Source: an uncultured Acidimicrobiales bacterium
Lineage (GTDB): Bacteria; Actinomycetota; Acidimicrobiia; Acidimicrobiales; SHLQ01
Assembly: GCA_964494395.1 (NCBI GenBank)
Contig: CAZBTI010000005.1
Span: 12,830 to 55,092, forward strand
Direction of reading: 5' to 3'
DNA length: 42,263 nucleotides
Made by a program: the position numbers and the translations under genes. Positions 9,142 to 18,046 of this stretch are shown one piece after another (the first letter of the stretch is position 1; each line of letters opens with the position of its first letter). Below the pieces are notes generated by a model, which made no database searches, was not told where the DNA came from, and worked only from the letters and a program-made list of their open reading frames with translations.

Positions 9142-9819
9142 GTGAGCGAAACAGTAGACGGCCCCAACATCGGTCGCTCCGCCCTAGCCGAATTCATCGG
9201 CACCGCTTTTTTGCTCGCCGGCGTCGTGGGTTCGGGGATCATGGCCGAGCGACTCACCGACGACGTGGCTCTACAGTTGCTCGCAAACTCGACAGCCACC
9301 GTCTTCATACTCATCGCGCTGATCCTGACCTTCGCCAATACCTCCGGAGCGCATTTCAACCCGGCGGTCACCCTCACCGAAGTAGCCCTCGGCACGATGG
9401 ATGCCGCCCGAGCGACGAGCCACATCGTTTCCCAAGTACTCGGGGGCATCGTCGGAGTGATTGTGGCGAACATCATGTTCGACCTCGACCCGGTCAACAT
9501 CTCGACGACGCAGCGCCTCGGGGCCAACCTGGTCTTCGCCGAAGGTGTCGCCACGTTCGGGCTCCTCCTCACCATCTTCGGCATCGTGAGAGCAGGCAAC
9601 CCGGCGATGGTCGCCTTCGCCGTGGGTAGCTACATCGGCGGCGCCTACTGGTTCACTTCGTCGACCAGCTTTGCCAACCCCGCCGTGACCATCGCCCGCA
9701 CGTTGTCCGACACCTTTGCCGGTATCGAACCAGGCTCAGCGCCACAGTTCATCTTCGCCCAAGCGGTCGCCACCGTCGCCGCAGTGATGACGATTCGGTT
9801 GATCTGGCCGCGTCGCTAG
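9142..9819 (+). CDS. MIP/aquaporin family channel, AqpS-like (arsenite/antimonite-type subfamily)
   Basis: AEFIGT, GSGIMA, SGAHFNPAVT and YWFTSSTSFANPAVT..DTFAGI. Start GTG 9142 is supported by TACGGT 7 nt upstream. Confidence 0.88.
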   Translation: MSETVDGPNIGRSALAEFIGTAFLLAGVVGSGIMAERLTDDVALQLLANSTATVFILIALILTFANTSGAHFNPAVTLTEVALGTMDAARATSHIVSQVLGGIVGVIVANIMFDLDPVNISTTQRLGANLVFAEGVATFGLLLTIFGIVRAGNPAMVAFAVGSYIGGAYWFTSSTSFANPAVTIARTLSDTFAGIEPGSAPQFIFAQAVATVAAVMTIRLIWPRR

Positions 9820-9870
9820 ATCAGCTCACCTTACGTCCCATCCATCCAGGCGCTCTTTCTCGCAGCCGAA

Positions 9871-10134
9871 ATGCTCCGAACCGGCATTGAGGTCTCGGTG
9901 CTTGCAGACCCCGAGGTTCTCAGCGCCCTTCGGTATCAGTTCTCGAGCAGGGTCACCGAGCATGGCCTGAATTCCGATGGCCGAGTCGAACTCACTCTGA
10001 CAGAACTCGCACCGCGGCCACTCGCTGCTCAGCTGGCTGGCCACGGACGAGCGGTCGAGGTTCTCAACCCCGGCCAGGAGCTACGGCACGAATTCGTTCG
10101 GTTGGCGAACGACCTCCGTGACCAGTGGTTGTAG
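9871..10134 (+). pseudogene. Isolated WCX (C-terminal) domain of a YafY/WYL regulator, probably a remnant
   Basis: LAAQLAGHGRAVEVLNP..ELRHEFVRLANDL resembles WYL-regulator C-termini. No HTH or WYL region upstream; the frame is closed by the aquaporin TAG at 9817-9819. Confidence 0.55.
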
Positions 10135-10142
10135 CTGACGAG

Positions 10143-11246
10143 TTAGTACGTCCGCGGCACGCGCTTGGAGATTGCGCAGACGAGCTCATATGGAATCGTC
10201 CCGAGAATCTTTGCCATCTCCTCGGCGGTGATCTGCTCATCACCTTGTGAGCCAATAAGGATCACCTCATCACCTCGGGCGACCGTGGAGTCGGGGCCGA
10301 CGTCGACCATGATCTGATCCATGGTGACAACGCCCACGATTGGATGGCGCTTACCGCCGATCAACACCGAACCGCCCTTGAGGCCGAGATCGCGACGCAA
10401 CCCATCGGCGTAGCCGATCGGAACAGTAGCGATTGTCGTTTCACGATCGGTTGTCCACCGGTGTCCGTAACCAACACCGACTCCCGGAGGAACGCTCTTG
10501 ACCCAGGACACCTCCGAGCGAAGCGTGAGCGCTGGCTGCACGTCGATCATGCCGGTGAGCGCTTCGTCGGGATCTATCCCGTACAACGAAATGCCGGGCC
10601 GGACCATCATTGGCTCGCCCGCCGCGGCCGCCTGGCCGGTGAGCAACGTGGCCGAGTTCGCCACGTGCACTTGCAAACCCGGCGCTTGTTCTCGGATCGC
10701 AGCGCCGAGCTTGTCGAGTTGGGTGGCGGTAAACGGATTGTCGGGCTCGTCGGCAACCGGGCAATGCGTCCAGACCGCGTTGAGTGAAAGGTTCGGATAG
10801 TTCTTCACGCTCGCGACAAAGTCGGCGATCTCATCGAGCTGGACGCCAACTCTCGTCATCCCCGAGTCGACATCGAGATGAATGTCAACGACCTTCGACG
10901 CCGCCGTGGCAGCTGCCGAAATCGCCTCGAGACCTTCACTCGAATACACCGTGCATGTCAGGTTGTGCGCAACACACGCTTCCAAGCCGGCGGAGGGGGG
11001 CTCGGAGAGCACCAGAATCGGCACGGTGATACCGGCGTTGCGCAGCTCGATGCCCTCTTCCACAATCGCCACGGCAAGCCAGCTCGCTCCGCCGGCAATC
11101 GCCGCCTCCGCGGACTGCACAGCGCCATGGCCATAGCCATCGGCCTTCACCACAGCACAGATCGGGGTAGGAGCAGCTCGCTCCTTTAGCGTCCGGACGT
11201 TCTTCTCGATCGCCTTAAGGTCGACGATGCACGATGTAGGCCTCAT
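10143..11246 (-). CDS. alr: Alanine racemase
   Basis: AVVKADGYGHG (PLP lysine), DSGMTRVG, RPGISLYG, PIGYADG, MDQ, GTIPYE, RVPR; TAACCT 8 nt upstream of ATG 11246. Confidence 0.97.
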   Translation of the reverse strand: MRPTSCIVDLKAIEKNVRTLKERAAPTPICAVVKADGYGHGAVQSAEAAIAGGASWLAVAIVEEGIELRNAGITVPILVLSEPPSAGLEACVAHNLTCTVYSSEGLEAISAAATAASKVVDIHLDVDSGMTRVGVQLDEIADFVASVKNYPNLSLNAVWTHCPVADEPDNPFTATQLDKLGAAIREQAPGLQVHVANSATLLTGQAAAAGEPMMVRPGISLYGIDPDEALTGMIDVQPALTLRSEVSWVKSVPPGVGVGYGHRWTTDRETTIATVPIGYADGLRRDLGLKGGSVLIGGKRHPIVGVVTMDQIMVDVGPDSTVARGDEVILIGSQGDEQITAEEMAKILGTIPYELVCAISKRVPRTY

Positions 11247-11287
11247 TGCGGCCAAGGTTACAGAGGCCACCCGGTACGCTCGTGGCA

Positions 11288-11860
11288 GTGGAGCTCATTC
11301 TCATTCGTCATGGACGACCCGAACGCATCGACCACGACCCGGACGGCGCCGACCCAGCGCTGACCGAACTCGGTCACCGTCAGGCAGCAGCTATGGCGAG
11401 CTACCTCGCTGACCAAGACATGTCGGCGATCTACGTCAGTTCGCAACAGCGAGCGATCGAGACCGCCCAACCGCTCGAAGTGATCAAGGGCCTCGATGCA
11501 ACGGTTGTTCCGGGAATTGCCGAGTTCGACCTCGGCCACCCCTCGTATATCCCTGGTGAGGAGATGGAGATCACCGAAGAACAACTCAACGAACTGGTCG
11601 CCCAAGCGACTGCCGACCACTTTCTCGAGCGTGTGCGCACTTCTTTCGATGCAATTATCAACGACCATCCGGGCGAGACCGTCGCAGCGGTCTGCCACGG
11701 CGGCGTGATCTCGGTGGTTCTGAACGACATTCTCGGCATGCCGATCGAGACCTACCACGACGCGAAATACACCTCCGTTAGTCGTATCGCTGCGTCACGA
11801 GACGGCCGCCGGTCGATGACGTCGTTCAATGAGTGCCACTGGCTTCGAGAAATCTCGTGA
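11288..11860 (+). CDS. Histidine phosphatase (phosphoglycerate mutase-like) family protein
   Basis: LILIRHG, LTELGHRQA, RAIETA, AEFD, VCHGG, FNECH; TACGCT 7 nt upstream of GTG 11288. Confidence 0.92.
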   Translation: MELILIRHGRPERIDHDPDGADPALTELGHRQAAAMASYLADQDMSAIYVSSQQRAIETAQPLEVIKGLDATVVPGIAEFDLGHPSYIPGEEMEITEEQLNELVAQATADHFLERVRTSFDAIINDHPGETVAAVCHGGVISVVLNDILGMPIETYHDAKYTSVSRIAASRDGRRSMTSFNECHWLREIS

Positions 11861-12846
11861 CTGCGGACGCATCTCCTGTTCTCATCATCGGCGCTGGGCT
11901 GTCCGGACTCACCGCTGCCCGTGAGCTTCTCGCAACGGATATGCAAGTCCAGATCGTCGACAAGGGTCGTGGGGTCGGCGGTCGGCTCGCCACCCGGCGG
12001 ATGGGCAATGCTCGCCTCGATCACGGCGCCCAATTCTTCACCGTCCGGGGTGACGAGTTCCGGGCGACCATCGACGCGGCGATCGACCAAGGTGTCGTCG
12101 ACGTGTGGAGCCATGGGTTCGGCGATGGCGACGGCTACCCCCGCTATTTCTGCCCAAACGGTATGACCGCCCTCGCCAAGTGGCTGACCGAGCAAGTCAC
12201 CGCTGCTGGCGCCACCATGAGCCTCGGCACACGCGTCTCGCACATCGCGGCGAAGGAGCAAGGTTGGGAACTCCCTCTCGATTCGGGAGGCGAACTAACC
12301 GCCCACGACCTGATCGTGACCTCACCGGTGCCCCAAACGCTCGACCTCATCGACGACGGTGGTGTCGTTCTCGATCCCGCCGTCCGAGCCGAACTCGACG
12401 CGATGTCCTACAAGCCAGTGATTGCGGTGTTGGCAACGCTCGATGGCCCGTCAGCCATCCCCGCTCCTGGTGGTGTCCAGCAGAGCGAAGACGACGTCTT
12501 TAGCTTCATTGCCGACAACCAGCAGAAGGGCATCAGCCCAGAGCCGGCGGTCACCTTTCACGCCAACGGGTCACTCTCCACCGAACGTTGGGATGACGAT
12601 GATGCCACCGTGCTCGCCGACCTGCTCACCGAGGCACAGCCCTGGTTGGGAACCGCCAACGTGGTAGATGCTCAGCTCAAAAAGTGGAAGTACGCAGGTG
12701 TGTACGTTCCTCACAGTGACCGATGCGTGGTCGCCGCTGATATGCCTGGAGCGCTCATCTTGGCGGGCGATGCCTTCGGCGGCCCAAAGGTCGAAGGCGC
12801 CTTCAATTCCGGACTCGCCGCCGCTCGAGCGGTCACGAACCGCTAG
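11857..12846 (+). CDS. Renalase-like NAD(P)/FAD-dependent oxidoreductase
   Basis: IIGAGLSG, DKGRGVGGRLATRR, DHGAQFFT, WKYA, AGDAFGGPKVEGAFNSG; GTGA overlap with upstream gene. Confidence 0.9.
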   Translation: MTADASPVLIIGAGLSGLTAARELLATDMQVQIVDKGRGVGGRLATRRMGNARLDHGAQFFTVRGDEFRATIDAAIDQGVVDVWSHGFGDGDGYPRYFCPNGMTALAKWLTEQVTAAGATMSLGTRVSHIAAKEQGWELPLDSGGELTAHDLIVTSPVPQTLDLIDDGGVVLDPAVRAELDAMSYKPVIAVLATLDGPSAIPAPGGVQQSEDDVFSFIADNQQKGISPEPAVTFHANGSLSTERWDDDDATVLADLLTEAQPWLGTANVVDAQLKKWKYAGVYVPHSDRCVVAADMPGALILAGDAFGGPKVEGAFNSGLAAARAVTNR

Positions 12847-13673
12847 GAATTCTTCATCTTGGCCTTCTGAGCGAAGATGATCTCTGACAGCACGTGTAGA
12901 TCGAAGTCGACAACGACGGGCACGTGCTCTTCGGCACGAACGTTCTGGAACCAAGATTCCGGGTTTCCCACCTGCACGTCGCGTAGCGCCGGCAACCACT
13001 CAGATGAGATAAAGCAGTAGTCGGTGTGATGGCTCTCGAGGATGCCAGCAATTTCTGGTTTGAATCGAGTGGGCTGCTCGCGGGGGTCACCGTGATCGAG
13101 ACCACTGAATGCGTGGTATGCGCTCACGAAGCCAAGCGCTTCGAATCGGGCGATCAGTTCGAGCATGTCCCAGCTCGGGTCGTTGCGGTGGAACACCGGA
13201 TTGTTGTTGAAATCGCCAGCGATCACCGTGGGCGACTCCAAGATCTTCTTGTACAGACGGAGCATCTGCATTGGTTGTGATGACGGTGGGTTTGTCTTGA
13301 ACTTCACCTGTGCCCGCTCGTTCAAGGCCCAAATCGCCATGAGGTTGTACGTCACGGGGCCACTGACCGCGATCGGTGCAATCCACTCCAGTCGCTGATC
13401 CCACTTCCCGGCTTCGAGCTTCACAAAGGTTGGATCAAAGGACAGGGTGCCGAGCCCACGTTGGCTGTGTCGGCCCACCCACGCCATTGCCGAGTGAGTA
13501 TTCCGACCGGCCTTCAACAGTCGAACTTCGTTGCCGGAGCGAGCAGTGACGATCACGTCAGCTTCGAGCCCCACAATCTCCGGGTACCGCTTCTCGATCG
13601 CGGAACCGACCGTCCATACGACAATGCGGTACTGCCCAGCAGGCCGAGGTTTGATGTCGGATTCGAGCGTCAC
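12843..13673 (-). CDS. Endonuclease/exonuclease/phosphatase (EEP) fold protein with a degenerate active site
   Basis: IAGDFN, HTDYCF, EEHVPVVVDF, RIVVWT motifs. Start GTG 13673 is supported by TAATGT 7 nt upstream; the longer ORF overlaps the next gene. Confidence 0.75.
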   Translation of the reverse strand: MTLESDIKPRPAGQYRIVVWTVGSAIEKRYPEIVGLEADVIVTARSGNEVRLLKAGRNTHSAMAWVGRHSQRGLGTLSFDPTFVKLEAGKWDQRLEWIAPIAVSGPVTYNLMAIWALNERAQVKFKTNPPSSQPMQMLRLYKKILESPTVIAGDFNNNPVFHRNDPSWDMLELIARFEALGFVSAYHAFSGLDHGDPREQPTRFKPEIAGILESHHTDYCFISSEWLPALRDVQVGNPESWFQNVRAEEHVPVVVDFDLHVLSEIIFAQKAKMKNS

Positions 13674-13736
13674 GTTGGGAACATTAGCCAATGAGATTGC
13701 TTGCGACGACGGGGCTCGCTCGTGAGAGACTGACAC

Positions 13737-14885
13737 ATGGCCGCTGACCTCATGGACTACTTCCCAGCAATCTCTGATCTCGAAGCAAAGGCTCGGCGAC
13801 GAATCCCTGCATTTGCGTGGACCTATCTTGAATCTGGGACCGGCCAAGACGTTGCCCGTGATGAGAATATTGCAGCGTTGGAACGGGTGAAGTTCGTTCC
13901 ACAATTTCTCAAGGGCGTGCTCGTTCCTCAAATCGAGACCGAATTGTTCGGCGTGACCTACAGCGCTCCGATCGGTATTGCTCCAGTTGGCCTTACCGGC
14001 CTGATTTGGCCCGGAGCCGACGAGGCGTTGGCCCGCACAGCGGCCGTCCATCGCATCCCGTACGTTCTGAGCACCGTCGCTACAGCTGCTCCAGAAACCG
14101 CCGGACCCATCTCGGATGGCATGGGCTGGTTTCAGCTCTACCCGCCCCGCGATCGCAGTATTCGAGAGAGCCTTCTGCAGCGGGCCGCGGAGTCCGGACT
14201 AACCGCTCTCGTCGTCACCGCCGACGTGCCAGCACCTAGTCGACGCGAGCGTCAGCGCAAGGCACAACTACGAGTACCTCCGGCGATCACTCCAAAATTG
14301 ATCGCTAGCGCAGCGATCTGCCCGTCGTGGGTCCGAGCACTTCGCGAGCACGGCTCACCACGTTTCAAGACGCTCGAGCCCTATGTCGACAGCGAAGACA
14401 TGAAGAAGACCGCCGGTTTCGTTGGCGCCCACCTCGGTGGAACCCTGTCATGGGAATACCTCTCCGAACTGCGCGACGAGTGGACAGGACCGCTGGTAGT
14501 CAAGGGAATACTCGACCCTGATGATGCACAGCGTTCTGTCGACCTCGGAGCGGACTCGGTATGGGTTTCGAACCATGGCGGCCGCCAACTCGATGGGGCC
14601 GTCGGGGCGATCGATGCGCTCGAACCCATCGCTACTCGCCTGAACCGAAGCGTGCCGTTGATCTTCGATTCGGGTATTCGAGACGGGATTGACGTCGCTC
14701 GGGCACTCGCCCTCGGTGCCGACTTCTGCTTTGCCGGCCGGGCATTTATGTTTGGCCTCGGAGCGCTCGGTGACCAAGGGCCCGCTCATGCACTCGAGAT
14801 CATGAGCGACGGCTTAGTGAACGTGCTCCATCAAGTCGGCGTAGAAGAACTCTCGGCCCTGTCGAGCAGACTGGCTCCTAGATGA
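13737..14885 (+). CDS. FMN-dependent alpha-hydroxy acid oxidase/dehydrogenase (LldD-like)
   Basis: PIGIAPVG, WFQLY, VTAD, VVKGI, VSNHGGRQLD, DSGIR, GRAF. Confidence 0.93.
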   Translation: MAADLMDYFPAISDLEAKARRRIPAFAWTYLESGTGQDVARDENIAALERVKFVPQFLKGVLVPQIETELFGVTYSAPIGIAPVGLTGLIWPGADEALARTAAVHRIPYVLSTVATAAPETAGPISDGMGWFQLYPPRDRSIRESLLQRAAESGLTALVVTADVPAPSRRERQRKAQLRVPPAITPKLIASAAICPSWVRALREHGSPRFKTLEPYVDSEDMKKTAGFVGAHLGGTLSWEYLSELRDEWTGPLVVKGILDPDDAQRSVDLGADSVWVSNHGGRQLDGAVGAIDALEPIATRLNRSVPLIFDSGIRDGIDVARALALGADFCFAGRAFMFGLGALGDQGPAHALEIMSDGLVNVLHQVGVEELSALSSRLAPR

Positions 14886-15750
14886 TTTCGCTCTGACCAG
14901 CGACGCACGCTGCACGATAAGCCGCTGGAGTCATCTCGACCTTGCGATGGAAGAACTTGGAGAAGTTGCTCTGTTCGCTAAAGCCGAGTTTGTACGCAAT
15001 CCAGTTCACCGAAATATCGGTGTTGGCGAGGAGACGACAAGCCGCGTACGCAACGCGACGGTCGATAATCTCCTTAGGTGTTTGGCCGACAACGGCCTTG
15101 GTGGCCCGAGTAAGTGTCTTGGCCGAGCAGCCAACGAGATTCGCGTAGTCGCCAACCGAACGGGTCGAAAGGTAGTGGAACTCAAGCTCTCGGCGGAAGT
15201 CGCCGACGATCCTGTGCTCGGCTGCGGTTTCGGCACGCATAATCGTGCGGCCACTGGCTCCGGCAATCAACTCAAGAAGTACCGCTGCCATGCTTAATTG
15301 CAGCCGTTGTTGAGCTGCCTTTGGAAGCATTTCGGGTGCGGTTAGGGCGGTGACCAATACGTGGGCGACTTCGATCGATGTACCAAGCATCGCTAACGGG
15401 GACGGTGCTGGGAGGTCGAAAAGTCCAGGAGGTGCGATGTGTTCATCGATCGCGATGGCCCAACCGTCGAACGTTTCATTGTGAAGCAGGCGGTGCAGTT
15501 GCCCTGGCTCCACGTGCAAAACCGAACCGGGTTCGATCGAGTATTCCTCGCCTTCGACCATATGGCGGCCGAGAACATTGGGGTCGGGAACGACGATGAG
15601 GTGACGAGAACTCTGCACGTCAGCGTTTCGCTGCACACGAGGAAGGTCTCGAAGGTCACTTATACGCGCTGAAGAAATTGTTCGGTTCGGACCCGATTTG
15701 TCAGCGACGACATCGATACTGACGACTTCTGGAAAAGTGTTATCAGCCAT
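14878..15750 (-). CDS. AraC family transcriptional regulator
   Basis: N-terminal cupin (PGQLH); C-terminal double HTH (SVGDYA..CSAKTL; IAYKLGFSEQSNFSKFFHRKVEMTPAAYR); RBS AGGAG. Confidence 0.9.
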   Translation of the reverse strand: MADNTFPEVVSIDVVADKSGPNRTISSARISDLRDLPRVQRNADVQSSRHLIVVPDPNVLGRHMVEGEEYSIEPGSVLHVEPGQLHRLLHNETFDGWAIAIDEHIAPPGLFDLPAPSPLAMLGTSIEVAHVLVTALTAPEMLPKAAQQRLQLSMAAVLLELIAGASGRTIMRAETAAEHRIVGDFRRELEFHYLSTRSVGDYANLVGCSAKTLTRATKAVVGQTPKEIIDRRVAYAACRLLANTDISVNWIAYKLGFSEQSNFSKFFHRKVEMTPAAYRAACVAGQSEII

Positions 15751-15773
15751 GGAAGTGAGCTCTCCTACGCTTA

Positions 15774-16238
15774 TTATCGCACACTTCCGGCCAATTTTGC
15801 TACTAATCCGCCAAGTGTGTCTTTCGTTATCTCATCGGAATCGAGAGATCCTGCGGTCAACAAAAGCAATTCGTCGATGGCATCAACCGGCCCGCCAGTG
15901 GGGTACCACAGCGGATCCAAGATCTGCATAGACCAACCCGGGAAGACACGATCCGTGCCTCCCAACTCGGCCACGGTCATGAGTTGATGTCGATCATCCT
16001 CTTCAATTCGCCCAAATACTGACCTAACAGCCGAGCGCTCACCCTCCAAATACTGGGTGAAACGCCCATCCCGGTAGCTGAGATAGCCAGTAATCCCGAG
16101 AAGAGCGTTCGATGCGCTCGAGTGAACTCCCAATTCTTGGAGTGACACATCGTCAAAAGGTACGAGCGCCCTGCTGAGATACAGCATGGAGAACACCTCG
16201 CCTTGGTCACTCTCGTTGGAAAATCCACTATTTGCCAC
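15774..16238 (-). CDS. Stand-alone BLUF blue-light sensor protein
   Basis: LYLS (Tyr), N..LGITGYL, FTQYLEG (Gln), RIEEDDRH, RVFPGWSM; start codon uncertain (16238 or 16187). Confidence 0.92.
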   Translation of the reverse strand: MANSGFSNESDQGEVFSMLYLSRALVPFDDVSLQELGVHSSASNALLGITGYLSYRDGRFTQYLEGERSAVRSVFGRIEEDDRHQLMTVAELGGTDRVFPGWSMQILDPLWYPTGGPVDAIDELLLLTAGSLDSDEITKDTLGGLVAKLAGSVR

Positions 16239-16491
16239 ACCTGCATCTTGCAGGTGTTATAAGGCATTAGCGAGAAACTCAGCGGAATAGACCGCTTCTG
16301 ACTAATAGCAGTCCTGAAATGACCTTTGCAGAAGCAAAAAATCAGGAGAAGCTGCGTACGCGAACCTGCGGGTTCTTCTGAGATGTGGCTAGCCGACGTC
16401 GTTGCGGGCGTTGTTCTTGCATAAACACATTTCTCAAAACCCCTTGCCGGCCCAATCGTGTCCAGCCCTCGATCGGGTCGGCAAGGATGGT

Positions 16492-16833
16492 TTACCCACC
16501 TTCGGTGAACGCTGATTTCGCGTGATCGAAGATTTTGCCCAACGCCACCCGCTGGGTAGGTTTCGCCATCTGTGCGCCGAGCACCTCGGTACGAGCCGCT
16601 GTGGCTCCACCCGTGCGGAAAAATCTCCGCCGGACCGTGCCGAGCACAACCACTTCGTCGCCAGCGCCCACAGCCTGAACCTTCCGATCGGCATCCTCCC
16701 ACTGCACCGGAACGGTGTGTGCAGCACCGGATTCGAGTGCACGGACCTCCCAGTTCGTAACCGTTACCCCCGATGCCAGGGTCCGTTCAGTCGGCTCATC
16801 CAACACTGTCCCGCGCAAAACCACGATATTCAT
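16492..16833 (-). CDS. Short single-stranded DNA-binding (OB-fold) protein, SSB paralogue lacking the acidic tail
   Basis: MNIVVLRG..P..RTLASG, GDEVVVLGTVRRRFF..RTEV. Confidence 0.75.
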   Translation of the reverse strand: MNIVVLRGTVLDEPTERTLASGVTVTNWEVRALESGAAHTVPVQWEDADRKVQAVGAGDEVVVLGTVRRRFFRTGGATAARTEVLGAQMAKPTQRVALGKIFDHAKSAFTEGG

Positions 16834-16960
16834 GACCTGTATCCATCATCTGTATGAAGCTGCGGGGGAAGCGCTACATCAGACGCTAGACGTGGGGTAT
16901 GACAAGCGCCGCGGTCATCGAACACCAACCCCTTTTCGAGGTCGAAAGAGAACTGACGCG

Positions 16961-18046
16961 TCAGGTGGTTGAGCCCTCGTAGAGCGGGCCGTGCTCCAAT
17001 TTCGTCAGCACGTGTTTGGCGAACAAATCCGCCTCGGCGGCGTGCGTGTAGCCACTCAGAATGAACGCTCCGACGCCAACTTCTTGATATGCACGGATCT
17101 TTGCGAGCACCTGATCGGGGTCACCAACGATCGCTGCACCAGCGCCACTGCGAGCGCGCCCAACACCAGTCCACAGGTTCTCTTCGACGAAGCCATCGTC
17201 TTCTGCCGCGTCACGAAGCTCGTTCTGACGAGCGACCCCCGCCGATGCGGTGTCGAGCGACTTCTGGCGGATCTTCTCGCCCTCTTCAACATCGAGCTTC
17301 GAGAGCAACCTGGTCGCTGCCTGCCGGGCCTCCACCTCGGTCTCACGCACGATGACGTGCGCTCGCAGTCCGTACTTCAGAGTGCGATCGAAACCCTTCG
17401 CCCTGCCGACCATGTCGTCGATAGTCGCCGCAACGCCTGCGACGGTGTCGGGCCAAGTGAGGAACACGTCGGCATGCTCGGCGGCGGTGTCCTTCGCCGC
17501 GGGACTAAAGCCGCCGAAGTAGAAGGGCGGGCTCTTGCCCGAAACGGTTCGCATCCGGGGAGGGTCGACCTTCACCTTCACAAACTCACCGTCGAAATCG
17601 ATCGACTCGCCGTTCAGCAGCGCCCGCAGAACGTGCATCCACTCCCGTGTGCGTTGATAGCGGGGTTCGCTCTCCAAGGGAGCCCCGGGGATATCACTCG
17701 AGATGATGTTGATGGTGAGCCGACCGTTTGCCATCTGATCGATCGTGGCCAACTGTCGTGCGAGCTGAGGTAACCACATCTCGCCCATGCGAACCGCTGC
17801 CAGTAACTGGATCTGCTCAGTGTGCGTCGCAATCGCCGCAGCAAACGACGTGGTGTCCATGCCAAGGTCATAGCCCGACGGCAGTAACACGTTGTCGAAT
17901 CCAAGACGATCGGCGGTCTGAACGATACTCGAACAGTGCGCCCATGAGCTCTTCAAATGATCCTCAGGGACCCCGAGATACTCATAGTCGTCGTCACATA
18001 GTGCGCCGAACCAAGAGATCTCCGGGGTAGTGACTGGTTGGCTCAT
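16961..18046 (-). CDS. smoC: LLM-class flavin monooxygenase, sulfoquinovose monooxygenase (SmoC/SquD)-like
   Basis: EISWFGALCDDDYEYLGVP..KSSWAHC, NIISSD, FYFGGFS, YGLRAHVIVR, LWTGVGRARSGAGAAIVG, FILSGY match SmoC/SquD as I recall them; coupled to an aldo-keto reductase. Confidence 0.8.
   Translation of the reverse strand: MSQPVTTPEISWFGALCDDDYEYLGVPEDHLKSSWAHCSSIVQTADRLGFDNVLLPSGYDLGMDTTSFAAAIATHTEQIQLLAAVRMGEMWLPQLARQLATIDQMANGRLTINIISSDIPGAPLESEPRYQRTREWMHVLRALLNGESIDFDGEFVKVKVDPPRMRTVSGKSPPFYFGGFSPAAKDTAAEHADVFLTWPDTVAGVAATIDDMVGRAKGFDRTLKYGLRAHVIVRETEVEARQAATRLLSKLDVEEGEKIRQKSLDTASAGVARQNELRDAAEDDGFVEENLWTGVGRARSGAGAAIVGDPDQVLAKIRAYQEVGVGAFILSGYTHAAEADLFAKHVLTKLEHGPLYEGSTT

Noticed and set aside
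13674-14051. N-terminal extension of the 402-aa minus-strand ORF (12843-14051)
   Set aside because: It overlaps the clear alpha-hydroxy acid oxidase gene antisense; EEP motifs and a -10 box support the start at 13673.
13737-14885. LldD-like oxidase as part of the SQ pathway (e.g. sulfolactate oxidation)
   Set aside because: The monooxygenase route yields glucose, not C3 sulfonates; the gene is separated by three unrelated genes and I saw no shared operator.
16961-18046. Plain SsuD alkanesulfonate monooxygenase call
   Set aside because: The N-terminal motif and AKR/GH188-like neighbours fit SmoC/SquD better, and no ssuABC or ssuE genes are present.
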